A stretch of DNA of 32,000 nt. Origin: an uncultured Candidatus Neoarthromitus sp. (GTDB lineage Bacteria > Bacillota > Clostridia > Clostridiales > Clostridiaceae). Location: positions 68,461-100,460 of the forward strand of contig CALADQ010000003.1 of assembly GCA_937890765.1 (NCBI GenBank), given 5' to 3'. Shown piece after piece: positions 30,025-32,000 of this stretch; position 1 is the stretch's first letter; every line of letters starts with the position of its first letter. A model generated the notes under the pieces. That model had not been told where the DNA came from, did not search any database, and saw nothing but the letters and a program-made list of their open reading frames with translations. Made by a program: the position numbers and the translations under genes.

Positions 30025-30054
30025 AATATTTTTAACTAATTCGTTAAAAATATT
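30025..30054. promoter_or_regulatory. 12-bp inverted repeat upstream of gap
   Basis: AATATTTTTAAC-TAATTC-GTTAAAAATATT, perfect arms, 40-70 nt upstream of the gap start. Confidence 0.4.
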
Positions 30055-30219
30055 CTTAGCTATTTAATTTATTAGAATAGTTATAAAACTAAACTAAAAA
30101 TCCGAAATCATAAATTAATTTTAAAATCAAAGAATAATTTTCCAAACATTTAACCACATGTACATTATAAAACATAATTTAAATTTTTCAAATAAATATT
30201 TTTAATACTTCAAGTTAAC

Positions 30220-30263
30220 TAAAAAAACAAAAGAGTTTTCAAATTTTCATTTGAAAACCCTTT
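30220..30263 (-). terminator. Rho-independent terminator after the PnrA-like lipoprotein gene
   Basis: Minus strand AAAGGGTTTTCAAAT-GAAA-ATTTGAAAACTCTTT (15 bp, one G-T) followed by TGTTTTTTT. Confidence 0.88.
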
Positions 30264-30287
30264 AATAAAACTCAATGATTAAAAATT

Positions 30288-31229
30288 TTAATGCTTAATT
30301 CCTTTTAATTCATCTAAAGTCGTTGGAAAATTTATTTTTCCATCAACCATTTCCGTTAAAACACTTTCACAAATATCTCTTACCTCTTGAGGAAGTTTAT
30401 CTAAATTTATACTCACATTTTTATTTAAAATGTCAACCAAATAATTGCTTTCTTTATTGTTTCCATTTAAAACATCTTTAAATATATTTTTGTAATCGTA
30501 AGAAACTCCGCCTAACAAATTATTTCCCCATTCACTCAAAGTAAATAATTCTTTGTTAAGCTCACTTGATAAACTTAAAATTTTCTCGCTTAAATCATCG
30601 CTTATGTAAAATATAGTATCAGAATTATTATTTCTCACAAAATCATCTAACGTACTCTCCATTTTGTCTTTTTCGATTGAAGATAAATCCAAAACATTTC
30701 TGTTGTTATAAAGAGAATCGAAAGCTCTTAAATTAACTTTCTTCACTCCCGCCATAAAACTTAAAGCATTTTCATATGAATCTTTTAGCTCGTTTGAATA
30801 AATCAACATAACACTATTTGTTCTCGTCATCATACCACTAATAACTCCAAACAAATAACTAATATGTCGTTGGTCAACATTTAAATTAATTTCATCATCA
30901 TTATCTCCACCTAAAATAACCAAATTAAAATCCTTAAACTCCTCGTTATCTATAGCATCTGAAAACAATTCTGAAACTACAAAAGTTTTCTTTCTTCTTT
31001 TGGACTTAGAAACATTTTCAAAGTATTTTAAAAATTCTTCTTTCGTATTTACAATTACATTTTCTAAATTAATTTCAGAGTCATCGCTTTTAACACTATC
31101 TTCAAATGTGCTTTCTTTAATTGTAGCAAATTTTTCATTTCTCACAAAAACAACTTCCTGTTTCGCACCACTACAAGAACTCATGCTAAAAACTAATAAA
31201 ATGAACATAACTGCGTATAATTTTTTCAT
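30288..31229 (-). CDS. Lipoprotein, divergent BMP/PnrA-like substrate-binding family (inferred)
   Basis: 313 aa; lipobox LVFSMSSC; NLNVDQRHISYLFGVISGMMTRTNSVMLIYSNELKDSYENALSFMAGVKKVN is reminiscent of the BMP family pattern; 27 bp downstream of a BMP-type permease gene. Confidence 0.6.
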   Translation of the reverse strand: MKKLYAVMFILLVFSMSSCSGAKQEVVFVRNEKFATIKESTFEDSVKSDDSEINLENVIVNTKEEFLKYFENVSKSKRRKKTFVVSELFSDAIDNEEFKDFNLVILGGDNDDEINLNVDQRHISYLFGVISGMMTRTNSVMLIYSNELKDSYENALSFMAGVKKVNLRAFDSLYNNRNVLDLSSIEKDKMESTLDDFVRNNNSDTIFYISDDLSEKILSLSSELNKELFTLSEWGNNLLGGVSYDYKNIFKDVLNGNNKESNYLVDILNKNVSINLDKLPQEVRDICESVLTEMVDGKINFPTTLDELKGIKH

Positions 31230-31256
31230 TACAAAACCTTCCCTTATACAAAATTA

Positions 31257-32000
31257 TCATCTCTTACTTTTATCATAAAATTCTCCTAAAGACAACGGTG
31301 AATTACTTTTTCTAACAAAGAACGCTATCGCCACCATAGTTAACACATAAGGTATCATAAAATAAATTTCAATTGGTATATTAAATCCAAACTTCTGAGA
31401 AACAATTTCAAATGTTTGAGATAGAGAAAAAATTAAACAAGCAACAAAAGTTGTTTGAGGTTTCCAATTTCCAAAAATCATAGCCGCAAGAGCTATATAA
31501 CCTCTTCCACTGACCATTCCAACTCTAAATAAATTCACATTCGCAATTGATAAAGAAGCCCCGCCAATTCCAGCTAAAACTCCTGACAACAAAACGCAAA
31601 GAAATCTAATTTTATAAACATTTATTCCTAAAGTATCAGCAGCCTTTGGATGTTCTCCCACAGCTCTTATTCTGTACCCAATATTTGTTTTATACAAAAC
31701 AAACCATGAAACTACAACAAGAAGCACAGCTCCAATTACAAACCAATTAAGTTCCGATAAAAATTTTCCTATCACAGGTATCTTAGAAAATAATTCAGTA
31801 GGATAAGGAACAACATTAACTATAGCTGTTTGTCCTTGAGTTCCAAAAAGTTTTTGAATTAAATAACTCGTAATAGATGCAGAAAATAAATTTATTCCTA
31901 TACCTGATATTACTTGATTAGCTCTTAAAAATATACTTAATATTCCATGTATAACAGCTGTTAAGCCCGCAAATACAATTGCACAAAGTATTCCAAATAA
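31257..32000 (-). CDS. BMP-type (nucleoside/simple sugar) ABC transporter permease; 5' end beyond window
   Basis: WFVLYKTNIGYRIRAVGEHPKAADTLGINVYKIRFLCVLLSGVLAGIGGASL; frame stays open to 32000 (ICTIVFAGLTAVIHGILSIFLRANQVISGIGINLFSASITSYL), so the 172-aa ORF-track call is a truncation. Confidence 0.93.
   Translation of the reverse strand, partial: LFGILCAIVFAGLTAVIHGILSIFLRANQVISGIGINLFSASITSYLIQKLFGTQGQTAIVNVVPYPTELFSKIPVIGKFLSELNWFVIGAVLLVVVSWFVLYKTNIGYRIRAVGEHPKAADTLGINVYKIRFLCVLLSGVLAGIGGASLSIANVNLFRVGMVSGRGYIALAAMIFGNWKPQTTFVACLIFSLSQTFEIVSQKFGFNIPIEIYFMIPYVLTMVAIAFFVRKSNSPLSLGEFYDKSKR

Noticed and set aside
31257-31775. Treating the 172-aa permease ORF as a complete or truncated gene
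   Set aside because: The reading frame continues open to 32000 with conserved permease sequence; the call begins at an internal GTG only because the true start lies outside the window.

Overview
Low-GC Firmicute (Parvimonas/Peptoniphilaceae-like, inferred) chromosomal window, mostly minus strand. It carries ung (cut by the left edge), nadE, a small solitary carboxypeptidase-regulatory-like protein, an ArsR-type regulator, a MATE exporter, a mannitol locus (mtlA-mtlR-mtlD), a DUF4097-like protein, a GNAT acetyltransferase, and a ~2000-aa secreted modular protein ending in DUF4214-like sequence. These are followed by tmRNA/smpB/rnr/secG, an aro cluster that includes a chorismate mutase-shikimate kinase fusion, the glycolytic cluster gap-pgk-tpiA-gpmI-eno, and a BMP-type nucleoside transporter permease with a divergent PnrA-like lipoprotein (cut by the right edge). 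I see no CRISPR, phage, transposon, recognisable defence island, rRNA or tRNA. The most notable item is the giant surface protein: about 11 divergent Fn3-like modules in an apparently strict A/B alternation, with length-variable insertions at one loop position and a likely mis-called start (TTG at 18048). Secondary items are the CM-AroK fusion, a tmRNA tag that appears to end in LQAA, and several hairpins and palindromes at operon joints and promoters. I did not find convincing evidence of a wholly new multi-gene system.
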